Source: Bacteroidaceae bacterium
GTDB taxonomy: Bacteria; Bacteroidota; Bacteroidia; Bacteroidales; Bacteroidaceae
Direction of reading: 5' to 3'
Assembly: GCA_017617575.1 (NCBI GenBank)
Contig: JAFZVY010000048.1
Location: 12,963-76,962 of the forward strand
DNA: 64,000 nt
Shown one piece after another: positions 10,333 to 20,774 of this stretch. A model generated the notes under the pieces. That model did not search any database. It saw only the letters and a list, made by a program, of their open reading frames with translations, and had not been told where the DNA came from. The position numbers were made by a program, and so were the translations under genes. The number at the start of each line of letters is the position of its first letter. Position 1 is the stretch's first letter.

Positions 10333-10469
10333 CACGTATTTAACTAACAAATCGTCTGTTTTTAGGCACAAGTTACAATATTCGCATATACTATTGCGTT
10401 ATTATTGTTGTGCCATCACGCAGATAAAATGTAATGCCGTGAAAAATGTCGGCAGTTCAATAATCATAG

Positions 10470-11081
10470 ATGGAATCGAACAAAGATAAAAAGATAACTG
10501 ACGGAATGAATTATGGCGAGAGACTGCTTAAGCGTCTTTGCGACTTGTTGGGAGCAATGGTTCTTATCATAATTCTTTCTCCCGTCTTTCTGATTATAGT
10601 CGTGTTGCAAAAAATCCTTAATCCGGGACCTGCTTTGTACAGTCAGGAACGTATCGGTAGGGGTGGCAAGCCTTTCAAGATATATAAGTTCAGGACAATG
10701 GTCGTGGATGCAGAGAAGGATGGAATACCTCAGTTGGAGGCGGACAATGACACACGCCTTACGGATTTCGGACGCATGCTCAGACGTCATCATGTGGATG
10801 AACTTCCACAGTTGTGGAACGTGCTTAAGGGAGATATGTCGTTCGTTGGCTACCGTCCGGAGCGACAGTACTTCATCAATCAGATTATGGAGCATAACCC
10901 AAACTATGGTTTGTTGTTTTGCTCCCGTCCAGGGGTAACATCCCTTGCAACGATAGAGAACGGATATACGGATACTATGGAGAAGATGCTCCGACGTCTT
11001 GACATGGATCTTGAGTATTTCCAGACACGCACTTTGTGGATGGACTTGAAGATAATCCTTCGTACAGTGTTTAGTTTATAG
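10470..11081 (+). CDS. Small (monotopic) phosphoglycosyl transferase / bacterial sugar transferase
   Basis: KIYKFRTM, DELPQLWNVLKGDMSFVGYRP and PG(V)TS motifs of the WbaP C-terminal/PglC-like family. Confidence 0.85.
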   Translation: MESNKDKKITDGMNYGERLLKRLCDLLGAMVLIIILSPVFLIIVVLQKILNPGPALYSQERIGRGGKPFKIYKFRTMVVDAEKDGIPQLEADNDTRLTDFGRMLRRHHVDELPQLWNVLKGDMSFVGYRPERQYFINQIMEHNPNYGLLFCSRPGVTSLATIENGYTDTMEKMLRRLDMDLEYFQTRTLWMDLKIILRTVFSL

Positions 11082-11098
11082 AAATAATACGAAATACA

Positions 11099-13636
11099 AT
11101 GATAAAGAAAATTGCATTCATAGTATCGTTATTGCTTGCGCCTCAGATGGTATTCGCTCAGTCAATGAGCGACGATCAGGTTGTGAAGTATGTGAAGCAA
11201 CAGCAAGAGGCAGGACAGAACCAGCAGCAGATTGTGACTAAGCTTCTCCAGAAGGGAGTCACAACCGAACAGCTTCGTCGTATTCGTAAGAAGTACGAGG
11301 CTGAGCAGAGTTCGATGGGTGCATCCGACCTTACGGACAAGGAGAAGGGTGTCACTACGAGCCGTCGCCGCCAGCAGTATCAGGAGCGTGGCGAGAAGGG
11401 ACAGAAGCAAAACAACTATATGGTAAAGGGCGATTTCCGTAATGACCCTCGCTATGGTACAAGGCAGGAACGTATTGATGCCTTGAATGGCGAGATAGGT
11501 TTCATGGACATCGACTCCCTTATTTATTATAAGAAATTCTTTACTGACGAGTCACAGGTGTTCGGTCGTAATATATTCAACAACCAGAACCTCTCGTTCC
11601 AACCAAGTATGAGTATCGCAACTCCTGCCAACTACAAACTTGGTGCAGGTGATAACGTGATAATCGAGGTTTGGGGAGCTTCACAGCAGACCATCATGGG
11701 CGAGATTTCGCCAGATGGAACGGTTACTATCGAAGGTGTAGGCCCTGTAAAGCTTGCAGGAATGAGTGTGAGTGAGGCAAACAATTACCTCAAGGGTAAG
11801 CTCGGACAGTATTATGCTGGTTCAAACATACAGTTGACCGTAGGTGACACACGTTCCGTTCAGGTGCAGGTTGTCGGAGAGGTTAACCTTCCTGGTACAT
11901 ACACTCTCAGCGCACTTTCAACAGCGTTCAACGCACTCTATGCGGCTGGCGGTATCAGCGATATTGGTACACTTCGTAACATAAAGGTGTTCCGTTCTGG
12001 AAGAAAGATTGCAACAATAGACGTTTATGACTATCTCCTCAATGGTAATTCAAAGGGAGACGTCCGTCTTCAGGATAATGACGTTATCGTAGTAGGTACT
12101 TATGATGCCCTTGTTGAGATTCGCGGTAAGGTGAAGCGTCCTATGTTCTATGAGATGAAGTCATCAGAGAGCGTGAAGTCACTCCTCAGCTATTCTGGAG
12201 GTTTCACGGGAGATGCCTACAAGAAGAACGTGCGCCTCGTTCGTAAGAACGGAGCAGAGTATTCCATCCATACGGTGGGTGAGTTCGACTGGGCAAACTT
12301 CAAGCTCAATGATGGCGACTCCCTTTATGTGGATAGCGTTATCCCACGTTATTCTAATATGGTGGAGATTCGTGGTGCTGTGTTCCATGCTGGTATGTAC
12401 CAGATGGATGGCAAGATTACATCTGTGCGTGAACTCGTTAAGGCTTCTGAAGGTCTTCGTGAGGATGCCTTCACAAGTCGTGCCGTGATGCACCGTGAGA
12501 AAGAAGACAAGACGCTTGAAGTTCTTTCCGTAGATATCAAGGGTATCATGGACGGAACGGTGGCAGATATCCCACTTCGCAAGAACGATGTGCTCTTTAT
12601 CCCAAGCAAGCTTGACATGCAGGGTGAACGCACGTTCAGAATAAACGGTGAGGTTAATTTCCCTGGTACATACGTCTATGCTGAAAATACAACTATCGAA
12701 GACCTCGTACTTCAGGCAGGAGGTCTTACGGATGCTGCATCAACCGTAAAGGTGGATGTGTACCGAAGGGCTCACACTCCTAATGCACTTCAGGACGACA
12801 ACGGTCGTGTGGAGACATTCAGCTTTGCTCTCAAGGATGGCTTCGTGGTGGATGGTAAGCCGGGCTTTACGCTTCAGCCATACGATGAGGTCGTTGTTCG
12901 AAAGAACCCAACATACGTTGAGCAGCGTAACGTGAAGATTTCTGGTTCAATCAACTTCGAGGGTGAATACTCCATGACTTCCAATAGCTACAAGCTCTCA
13001 GACCTTGTGAATGCAGCAGGAGGTCCAAGTTCACTTGCCTACCTCAAGGGTGCGCGTCTTGAGCGTACCATGACCGAGGAAGAGAAGAAGCAGGTTGAGG
13101 CAACCCTCCGTACTTCGCAGATTGCACTCTATGAGGAGGCTATGCAGTCGGAGAACAGGAACTTTGATATTGCACGAGCAGATACACTCCTCCAGATGAA
13201 GCTTGATATCGGTAATGTATATCCTGTTGCCATCGACCTTGAGGCAGCTATGGCTGATCCGGGTGGCGTAGAGGACATCGTACTTCGTGACGGTGACCAT
13301 ATCATCATTCCACAGTATTCAAATACGGTTAAGGTAAGTGGTGATGTGATGTACCCTAACACGATGAACTATATAAGTGGTAAGTCGCTCAAGCATTATA
13401 TCAATCGTGCTGGTGGTTATGGCGACAACGCTCGTAAGAATCGTGTGTATGCCATCTACATGAATGGTTCGGTTAAGCTTATTGACGGAAGCAAGGACAT
13501 TCAACCAGGATGTCAGATTGTCGTACCATCAAAGAAGAACAAGCATAAGATGACTACAGCTGAATACTCTGCTATGGGTACTTCTGCAGCATCTATTGCA
13601 ACAATGCTTATCACGATCGCAAATCTCTTGAAGTAG
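11099..13636 (+). CDS. Polysaccharide export outer-membrane protein (Wza-like, multi-SLBB)
   Basis: Signal peptide present. GDNVIIEVWG Poly_export motif. Repeated SLBB-like motifs (LQDNDVIVV, LNDGDSLYV, LRKNDVLFIP, LQPYDEVVV, LRDGDHIIIP, IQPGCQIVVP). C-terminal hydrophobic helix. Confidence 0.85.
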   Translation: MIKKIAFIVSLLLAPQMVFAQSMSDDQVVKYVKQQQEAGQNQQQIVTKLLQKGVTTEQLRRIRKKYEAEQSSMGASDLTDKEKGVTTSRRRQQYQERGEKGQKQNNYMVKGDFRNDPRYGTRQERIDALNGEIGFMDIDSLIYYKKFFTDESQVFGRNIFNNQNLSFQPSMSIATPANYKLGAGDNVIIEVWGASQQTIMGEISPDGTVTIEGVGPVKLAGMSVSEANNYLKGKLGQYYAGSNIQLTVGDTRSVQVQVVGEVNLPGTYTLSALSTAFNALYAAGGISDIGTLRNIKVFRSGRKIATIDVYDYLLNGNSKGDVRLQDNDVIVVGTYDALVEIRGKVKRPMFYEMKSSESVKSLLSYSGGFTGDAYKKNVRLVRKNGAEYSIHTVGEFDWANFKLNDGDSLYVDSVIPRYSNMVEIRGAVFHAGMYQMDGKITSVRELVKASEGLREDAFTSRAVMHREKEDKTLEVLSVDIKGIMDGTVADIPLRKNDVLFIPSKLDMQGERTFRINGEVNFPGTYVYAENTTIEDLVLQAGGLTDAASTVKVDVYRRAHTPNALQDDNGRVETFSFALKDGFVVDGKPGFTLQPYDEVVVRKNPTYVEQRNVKISGSINFEGEYSMTSNSYKLSDLVNAAGGPSSLAYLKGARLERTMTEEEKKQVEATLRTSQIALYEEAMQSENRNFDIARADTLLQMKLDIGNVYPVAIDLEAAMADPGGVEDIVLRDGDHIIIPQYSNTVKVSGDVMYPNTMNYISGKSLKHYINRAGGYGDNARKNRVYAIYMNGSVKLIDGSKDIQPGCQIVVPSKKNKHKMTTAEYSAMGTSAASIATMLITIANLLK

Positions 13637-13781
13637 GGTGATATGTCAAATTTATGATTTCAAATTTATGCCTCCGGAACGAGCGTTCGGGACGCATAGA
13701 TTATCGATTTGAAATTTGAAATTCCCTTGTTCGGAACGCATAAATCATCGATTTGAAATTTGACATTTATAATTGAAATTT
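13637..13781. repeat. REP-like intergenic element cluster
   Basis: TATGCCTCCGGAACG / CGTTCGGGACGCATA hairpin (13 of 15 pairs) and a second TTCGGAACGCATAAAT half-site. Embedded in GATTTGAAATTTGA(A/C)AT words. Confidence 0.7.
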
Positions 13782-14894
13782 ATGAAACAATACGATTATC
13801 TTATAGTAGGAACAGGACTCTTTGGAGCCGTATCAGCTTATCTCTTGACACAGAATGGAAAGAAATGCCTTCTCATAGATAAGCGTCCTCATGTAGGTGG
13901 TAATATATATACAGAGGAGATTAAGGGTATCAACGTACATAAGTATGGTGCCCATATCTTCCATACGAGCAATAAGAAGGTGTGGGATTTCGTAAACTCA
14001 TTTGTTGAGTTCAATCGTTATACCAATTCACCTGTGGCAAACTACAAGGGTGAATTGTTCAACCTGCCTTTCAATATGAATACCTTCTACCAGATGTGGG
14101 GGGTAAAGACTCCTGCTGAGGCTGAGGCAAAGATAGCTGAGCAGAAAGCACAGGCTGTTGCATCGCTCAATGGCAGAGAACCGCAGAACCTTGAGGAGCA
14201 GGCACTCACGCTTGTAGGCAAGGACATCTTTGAGAAGCTTATCAAGAACTATACGGAGAAGCAATGGGGCAGAAAGTGTACGGAACTTCCTGCATTCATC
14301 ATCAAGCGTCTTCCTGTTCGTCTTATTTTTGACAATAACTACTTCAACGATAAGTATCAGGGCATTCCTGAGGGAGGATACACAAAGCTCGTTGAGGCTA
14401 TGATAGGTGATTGCGAGGTACGTCTCTCAACTGATTACTTTGAGCACAAGGCAGAGCTTGACGCCCTTGCCGACAAGGTGATATACACGGGTGAGATTGA
14501 CCGTTACTACGATTACAAGTACGGTCACCTCCAGTATCGTACCGTATCATTTGAGACGGAACTTCTCGAAGGCGTAAGCAATTATCAGGGTAATGCCGTG
14601 GTTAATTATACCGATTCTGAGACTCCGTTTACACGAATCATAGAGCATAAGCACTTTGAATTTGGTAATCAGCCTGACACCGTCATTTCCAAGGAGTTTA
14701 GCAAGGAGTGGCAACCAGGTGACGAGCCATACTATCCAGTAAACGACGACCGTAACTCCGAACTTTATGCCAAGTACAAGGCACTTGCCGATGCCGAGAA
14801 GAACGTCATCTTTGGCGGCCGTCTCGCAGAGTACAAGTATTACGACATGCACAAGGTCATCGAAAGTGCAATGGATATGATGGAGAAGATTTAG
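13782..14894 (+). CDS. glf: UDP-galactopyranose mutase
   Basis: FAD-binding YDYLIVGTGLFG, plus HIFHT and GGRLAEYKYYDMH motifs. The ORF track starts at a TTG at 13773. The ATG at 13782 is preferred. Confidence 0.9.
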   Translation: MKQYDYLIVGTGLFGAVSAYLLTQNGKKCLLIDKRPHVGGNIYTEEIKGINVHKYGAHIFHTSNKKVWDFVNSFVEFNRYTNSPVANYKGELFNLPFNMNTFYQMWGVKTPAEAEAKIAEQKAQAVASLNGREPQNLEEQALTLVGKDIFEKLIKNYTEKQWGRKCTELPAFIIKRLPVRLIFDNNYFNDKYQGIPEGGYTKLVEAMIGDCEVRLSTDYFEHKAELDALADKVIYTGEIDRYYDYKYGHLQYRTVSFETELLEGVSNYQGNAVVNYTDSETPFTRIIEHKHFEFGNQPDTVISKEFSKEWQPGDEPYYPVNDDRNSELYAKYKALADAEKNVIFGGRLAEYKYYDMHKVIESAMDMMEKI

Positions 14895-14924
14895 ACTAAA
14901 AGGAACATCTGTCTTATATTTGTT

Positions 14925-15968
14925 ATGAGTGAAAATAAGAAAATAATAAATTTTGCAGAGATTGTAAGCGTTATTGCGAGCAAGAAGAAGGAATATCTGA
15001 AAATTCTTTCAGTTGTTTTCGTAGTGTCTTGTATATGGATATTTCCACAGCCAAGATATTACACAAGTACTGTTGCATTGGCTCCAGAGGTTGCAAATGA
15101 GAGTGTAGGCGGAGGCTTGTCTTCGTTAGCATCTTCATTTGGCATTAGTCTTGGTGGAAGTAGCTCAGATGCAATATATCCGATGTTGTATCCTGATTTG
15201 TTTGATTCGCCAGAGTTCATGGTGAGCCTCTTAAATATACAGATAGAGACTCTTGACGGAGAAATAAAGGAGGACTATTATACATATTTGACGAAACATC
15301 AGAAAGTAAACCTACTTACTTATCCATTTGTAAAGACAAAGCAATGGCTTAGCTCTTTGTTTGGTGACTCAATGACACCAGGTGCTGGGTTGAACAAGAT
15401 TGATGCCTTTCACCTGAATCGTAGGGATTATATGTTAATAGAGGAACTGAAGGATTTGATAAAATGTAGTGTTGACAAGAAAACAGAAGTTGTCACTCTT
15501 ACTATTCAGGATCAGGATGCCAAGGTATGTGCCCTTATGGCAGATTCCGTCAAGGCAAGGTTGCAGGAATTTATCATAAACTATCGTACGAGCAAAGCCC
15601 GTATGGATTTGGAGCATTACAAGAAGTTGGCAAATGATGCAAAGGCTGACTATGATTCGGCTGTAGCTAAGTACAGTAGGTATTGTGACCAGCATAAGAA
15701 TACAATAATGCAGGCATACCTGTCTGAACAGAATAATCTGGAGTCAGAAATGCAGATTGCATACAACACTTATACTGCTATGTTGGCTCAGCAGAAAGCA
15801 ATGGAGGCAAAAGTGCAGGAGCAGACACCTGCATTTACTACATTAAAGAGTGCAACTATCCCAATTAAACCAGCGGGACCTAAGCGAATGATATTTGTTG
15901 CAGGTATGTTGTTCTTTGCTGCATTTGTATCATCGTTGTGGTTCTGTCGCAAAATATTCTTTAAGTAA
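14925..15968 (+). CDS. Chain-length determinant (Wzz-family) protein without kinase domain
   Basis: N- and C-terminal TM helices flank a coiled-coil periplasmic region. Pro-rich motif IPIKPAGPKRMIFVAGM lies before TM2. Confidence 0.7.
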   Translation: MSENKKIINFAEIVSVIASKKKEYLKILSVVFVVSCIWIFPQPRYYTSTVALAPEVANESVGGGLSSLASSFGISLGGSSSDAIYPMLYPDLFDSPEFMVSLLNIQIETLDGEIKEDYYTYLTKHQKVNLLTYPFVKTKQWLSSLFGDSMTPGAGLNKIDAFHLNRRDYMLIEELKDLIKCSVDKKTEVVTLTIQDQDAKVCALMADSVKARLQEFIINYRTSKARMDLEHYKKLANDAKADYDSAVAKYSRYCDQHKNTIMQAYLSEQNNLESEMQIAYNTYTAMLAQQKAMEAKVQEQTPAFTTLKSATIPIKPAGPKRMIFVAGMLFFAAFVSSLWFCRKIFFK

Positions 15969-15975
15969 TCAGGAC

Positions 15976-17319
15976 GTGGATTATCTGAAATTATTGACCA
16001 ATAGGCTTCATCTTAGTGAAACAAGGAAAAAGATATTCACCAATGTGTTTTGGGCTGTATCGGGCAAGTGTGTCAATCTTATTGGTACACTTGTTGTTGG
16101 TATTATCATAGCACGATATTTAGGTCCTGAACAATATGGCTTGATGAACTATGTCATGAGTTATATCGCCATATTCCAGGTGTTTGCTGATTTTGGCTTG
16201 GATAATATTCAGATTAGGGAAGAGGCAAGAACGCCAGAACGAAGGGATGTTATCGTTGGTACGGCGTTTGGATTGAAGCTTATATTTTCTGTCATTGTAC
16301 TTGCTGCTGTTTTCGTTACTACATTTGTATCTGAATCGGACGAAATGGTGCGAACATACATTATGATTTACTCGTTTAGTGTCGTGTTTAATTCTACTTG
16401 GGTATTTCGTAATCATTTCACGTCTATTGTATGGAACGAATATTGTGTCAAGACTGAGATTACAAGAACCATTTTAGGCGCAATGGTTAAGATTGTGCTT
16501 CTTTGGTTAAAGGCAGACCTTATCTGGTTTATTGCATCATTGCTTCTTGATTCTTTGCTTCTTGCGTCTGGTTATACTATGTCGTATTCCCAGAAGATAG
16601 AGAGTATCAGAAAGTGTGTCTTTGACAAGGAAGTGGCATTAGTTCTGCTTAAACAGGCATTTCCGCTTCTGCTTTCCTGTATTGCAATTGTGATTTACTC
16701 ACGAATAGACCAGATAATGATATCCAAGATGCTTGATGATACACAGCTGGGACTATACTCCGTTGCATTTCAGCTAACTAATGTCCTGATAAACGTACCA
16801 TCAATAATAGCACTCACGATAAGTCCTGTGCTCGTTAGGGTAAGAAACGAGAATCGAGAGCGTTATCATCAGGTTTCACTTCAGTTCTTTGGCGTTACTT
16901 TTTGGTTAAGTATGCTTGTGGCCTGTATCGTTAGTCTTGCATCGTATCCATTGGTTTACTTCATGTATGGCGAATCGTACATATATGCTGCTGGCGTTTT
17001 GAACATTATGGCGTTCAGAGTTGTGGGAGACGCTCTTTCACAAACATCCGGACAGCTGATGATAATTGAGGGAATACAGAAATTTGCGTCCGTTCGTAAT
17101 GTAATTGCGGTCATCGTATGTGTGATACTGAACTATGTGTTGATTGGTAGGTATGGTATTATGGGTGCTGCGATTGTTTCTGTTGTTACTATTGTTTCGT
17201 CTGGCTTTTTTGCAAATCTTCTGATAAAGCCATATCGACATATTTTCAAACTACAGATAGAATCCATTTTCTTTGGATGGAGATATCTTTTTTCATTAAG
17301 GAGAGATATAATAAAATGA
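15976..17319 (+). CDS. wzx: Polysaccharide flippase (Wzx / MOP superfamily)
   Basis: About 12 TM segments in a polysaccharide-biosynthesis-protein-like layout. The start is uncertain. The ORF opens at 15895, overlapping Wzz by 74 nt. An in-frame GTG at 15976 lies just after the Wzz stop. Confidence 0.7.
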   Translation: MDYLKLLTNRLHLSETRKKIFTNVFWAVSGKCVNLIGTLVVGIIIARYLGPEQYGLMNYVMSYIAIFQVFADFGLDNIQIREEARTPERRDVIVGTAFGLKLIFSVIVLAAVFVTTFVSESDEMVRTYIMIYSFSVVFNSTWVFRNHFTSIVWNEYCVKTEITRTILGAMVKIVLLWLKADLIWFIASLLLDSLLLASGYTMSYSQKIESIRKCVFDKEVALVLLKQAFPLLLSCIAIVIYSRIDQIMISKMLDDTQLGLYSVAFQLTNVLINVPSIIALTISPVLVRVRNENRERYHQVSLQFFGVTFWLSMLVACIVSLASYPLVYFMYGESYIYAAGVLNIMAFRVVGDALSQTSGQLMIIEGIQKFASVRNVIAVIVCVILNYVLIGRYGIMGAAIVSVVTIVSSGFFANLLIKPYRHIFKLQIESIFFGWRYLFSLRRDIIK

Positions 17320-18311
17320 CGATAAAGGATATTGCAGAAAGGATATATTTGAGACTCCCAATGTGGTTTACACTTTTGGTTGAAGTCCTTCAGTATTGGT
17401 GTAGGTTGTGCAAGTATAATGCTTCGTTCAGAACAGATAATGACTTGCATAAGATGCAGTACACTCTATTACGTGAGAATCACGTGATAGAGAAAGGTAT
17501 GTCTATGAAGAATCCTCGCAAGGGCTTTGGACAGGCTAAAGTGACAAACCTCATAAACAGACTTCAGAAATATAATAAACGTTATGGAAAAGAGGATTCA
17601 CGTTTCCTTCTTTATCCATTATCAACAATAAAGGAATATATCAGGTATCAGGAGAACGATGGGGTTGATGTTAGCCGTATAAAGGAAGCCTTTGATTCTT
17701 TATGTGAACAGTCAGGTTATAATGCAGATGATCTGACGGTGTCTTCCGGTATATCTTTGTATCATAGTGCAGATATAATTAAGGATGCTAAGGGAGATTT
17801 CCGCAGCTTGTTATATAGCCGCCATTCAGTGCGATACTTTAAGGATGAGTTGCCATCCAAGGAAGTAATAGACGAAGCCTTGACTCTTGCATCGCGTACT
17901 CCTTCTGCATGCAATCGTCAGGCATGGCACACTCATGTTTATTTTGGCAAGGATGCTCATGACCTTCTTGATATGCAGGGAGGTTGTAATGGCTTTGCAC
18001 ATGATATCAATTGTTGTATTGTCGTTACTGCGGATATGAAGGGATTCCTTAATCATGAACCGTTCCAGTGCTATATAGATGGTGGATTGTACGCACAGAA
18101 CTTAATGAATTCCTTGCATTATCTTGGCTTGGGAACAATACCATTGTCATGTGGTTTCCTGACATATAAACTCCTGAGAATCCAAAAGAGGTTCGGTATC
18201 CCAGAGAATGAGGCAATGGTTGCAATCTTGGGTACAGGTTATATGTATGATGAGATGAACATTGCACAGTCAACACGTAAACCTTTTACGATAACTAATA
18301 CTTATCATTAG
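17316..18311 (+). CDS. Nitroreductase-fold protein with an N-terminal extension of about 160 aa
   Basis: SRHSVRYFKDE...ALTLASRTPSACNRQAWH nitroreductase signature in the C-terminal half. The ATG at 17316 overlaps the wzx stop (ATGA). Confidence 0.7.
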   Translation: MTIKDIAERIYLRLPMWFTLLVEVLQYWCRLCKYNASFRTDNDLHKMQYTLLRENHVIEKGMSMKNPRKGFGQAKVTNLINRLQKYNKRYGKEDSRFLLYPLSTIKEYIRYQENDGVDVSRIKEAFDSLCEQSGYNADDLTVSSGISLYHSADIIKDAKGDFRSLLYSRHSVRYFKDELPSKEVIDEALTLASRTPSACNRQAWHTHVYFGKDAHDLLDMQGGCNGFAHDINCCIVVTADMKGFLNHEPFQCYIDGGLYAQNLMNSLHYLGLGTIPLSCGFLTYKLLRIQKRFGIPENEAMVAILGTGYMYDEMNIAQSTRKPFTITNTYH

Positions 18312-18328
18312 TACTAACAAAGTCAGGT

Positions 18329-19606
18329 ATGCATTTCATTCCATTGATATATTTTGCCAGTTTGACGTATTACTTCTGGCAGCGCAATCGTGTATTCGAT
18401 ATAGCCGTTTATATGACTCTTCTGTTTACAATAACAAGCTTTTGCTGTGTTATTATGGTTGAGGGCGGTTATATGGAAGGTAGCGGTGTGCTATGTGATG
18501 GATATGACCCAGATATCAGCATATTTGCGACTATAACGTATTGTGCATTTGTTACTATGACAATTGCTCCTTTTGCATTGATTCGACCAGAGAAGATAAA
18601 GAGGATTGAGAATGCGCATAGGATAGTGCTGTATGTACTTACAGGAATAATTACTTTGCAGGGTTTCTTGATGGCTTATGTAGTTATGGGTTCTATTTCT
18701 GGTCTGTTGGAAGGTGACTTTAACTATATCAAGGAAGCGGGTTATGCTGGTGATATGTCTCCGTTTGAGGTGAAACTTGCCACAATGCATGTCGCAATCA
18801 AGATATTCCTTCTACCTGCATCGTTGACACTCTTTGCTTTGCCATTGTTTTTCTATTTCACTTGTATTGAGAAACGCTCGCTGTGGCTTACCTCCCCACT
18901 ATTACTTGTATCTGTGGGACCTGTATTGAGAGGTATGGTCTCTGCGGACAGAACAGAGATTATATATTATGGTTTGATGTTCTTCTTCTGTTTGATACTG
19001 TTCCAGAAACATCTTGAAAGTAGAGTGAAATATTTCTTCGGTATTCTTTCGGTTCCTGTTATGATTATAGGTACTGTGTATATAGTGGCCGTATCTATCT
19101 CCCGTTTTGAAGAGAGGGAGGAAGGTGCTTCTGGTAGTATGCTGGAATATGCAGGACAACCTTTCCTGAACTATTGCTATTTCTATGAGAATCATAATTC
19201 GGATCTGTATTATATAGAAAGAGAGATACCTATTACTTCATGGATAGTGTTCAATAGTCAGTATGCCGACACAAAGACGGAGCGTACGGCAAGGGAAGGC
19301 TTCTTCGTCGGCGTGTTTGCTTCTCATGTCGGTTCGTGGCTGTTGGATGTCGGCGTGATAGGAGCTTTTGTCCTGAGTTTCTTGTTTGCACTGATAAGTT
19401 TGATAGTAATAGGGCGATTCAATCGGGAAGTGTATGATATATCGGATGTGCTGATGCTGTTCTGTCTTGTCACCATCCCGATATTCGGCATTTTCTATTA
19501 TCGTTATTATAGTGCTCCACTTGCTATTCAATACCTGGTCGCAGGTCTATTGTACTTGTTTGCCAAGGTTAGTATTGTATGGCATAAAGATAAGACTGAA
19601 GTATGA
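18329..19606 (+). CDS. O-antigen/EPS polymerase-like polytopic membrane protein (Wzy candidate)
   Basis: More than 10 hydrophobic segments with one larger loop. Its position between flippase and transferases and its AT-rich codon usage are typical of wzy. There is no strong family motif. Confidence 0.5.
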   Translation: MHFIPLIYFASLTYYFWQRNRVFDIAVYMTLLFTITSFCCVIMVEGGYMEGSGVLCDGYDPDISIFATITYCAFVTMTIAPFALIRPEKIKRIENAHRIVLYVLTGIITLQGFLMAYVVMGSISGLLEGDFNYIKEAGYAGDMSPFEVKLATMHVAIKIFLLPASLTLFALPLFFYFTCIEKRSLWLTSPLLLVSVGPVLRGMVSADRTEIIYYGLMFFFCLILFQKHLESRVKYFFGILSVPVMIIGTVYIVAVSISRFEEREEGASGSMLEYAGQPFLNYCYFYENHNSDLYYIEREIPITSWIVFNSQYADTKTERTAREGFFVGVFASHVGSWLLDVGVIGAFVLSFLFALISLIVIGRFNREVYDISDVLMLFCLVTIPIFGIFYYRYYSAPLAIQYLVAGLLYLFAKVSIVWHKDKTEV

Positions 19607-20772
19607 GATATTTTTTCCCTTTACATTATGATGGTGGTAACAGAGGTTGTGAAGCCATTGCAAAAGGAACGGCTATATTGCTTGACAGTCCTGTGAGTGA
19701 CTGCATCGGATATTGTAGTGACACTGCACTTGACCATAGGCTTGGAGTGGATAGGTACGTTACACTGGTTCCATATTCACTTGAGAACTATCTGTTGGAT
19801 AAACTATTCGCTGTGTTGAACAGGTTGTTCAAGACCAATACGACTCTAAAGTGGAGAAAACTGTACTTCTTCCGCACATTCCTGAAGATGATTAGTAAGG
19901 ATGACGTTATGCTTTCTACTGGTGGCGACATGATGTGCTACGAGAATAACGAAATCATCTATACTAATGACTACTTGCATGACAAGGGTGTAAGGACTAT
20001 CCTATGGGCTTGTTCCATGGGAAGGGAGAACCTGACACCTGAAAAGGAAAAGACTCTTTTCAATTACTCGTTGATATATGCTCGTGAGTCCCTGACCTAT
20101 GATTTCTTCAAGAGTCTTGGACTGAAGAACGTGTGTCTGTTCCCAGACCCGGCGTTCATACTTGAACCTGAGGAGTGCGCTCTTCCTAAGTGCTTCGAGG
20201 GTGATGTCATAGGTGTGAACCTAAGCAGTTATACGTTGGGCGGAACTACGCTCAATACTGGATTTGGCAAGGAGGTGGTAAAGGCTCTGGAGTATATCCT
20301 TGCTAACACCGATATGCACATCCTGCTGATTCCTCATGTGGTATGGAACGCAGGAGGTGAGAGCCAGGATGATAGATGCATCTCTGCCTTGGCACGTGAC
20401 ACCCTTCATAGTAGTCGTGTATCGGTACTTGACATTGATGCACTTAATTATTGTGAGATTCGATACGTAATCTCCAAGTGCAGGTACTTCATCGGGGCAC
20501 GAACTCATTCTGTCATTTCGGCTTACTCCATGTGTGTACCAACAATAGCCTTGGGCTATTCGATAAAGTCAAAGGGTATTGCAAAGGACTTGAACCTTGA
20601 CGAGAGACTTGTTGTGCAGAGCAAGAGTTTCCGTGAGGGAGAGCTAACTGACTCCCTGAAGTATCTTATGGACAATGGTGATGCGATTCACAGTGCCCTT
20701 GCACAGCAGATGCCATTGTACAAGGAACGAGCATACGGTATAAGAGAATACTTAAAAAATACTATAAAATAA
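19603..20772 (+). CDS. Polysaccharide pyruvyl transferase family protein
   Basis: PDPAFIL and GARTHSVISA motifs typical of PS_pyruv_trans (WcaK/CsaB-like). The start overlaps the upstream stop (ATGA). Confidence 0.75.
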   Translation: MRYFFPLHYDGGNRGCEAIAKGTAILLDSPVSDCIGYCSDTALDHRLGVDRYVTLVPYSLENYLLDKLFAVLNRLFKTNTTLKWRKLYFFRTFLKMISKDDVMLSTGGDMMCYENNEIIYTNDYLHDKGVRTILWACSMGRENLTPEKEKTLFNYSLIYARESLTYDFFKSLGLKNVCLFPDPAFILEPEECALPKCFEGDVIGVNLSSYTLGGTTLNTGFGKEVVKALEYILANTDMHILLIPHVVWNAGGESQDDRCISALARDTLHSSRVSVLDIDALNYCEIRYVISKCRYFIGARTHSVISAYSMCVPTIALGYSIKSKGIAKDLNLDERLVVQSKSFREGELTDSLKYLMDNGDAIHSALAQQMPLYKERAYGIREYLKNTIK

Positions 20773-20774
20773 TA

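Noticed and set aside
15895-15975. Upstream ATG start for the flippase, overlapping Wzz by 74 nt
   Set aside because: The extension is Cys/His-rich and non-membrane-like. An in-frame GTG at 15976 just after the Wzz stop fits better. The start remains uncertain.
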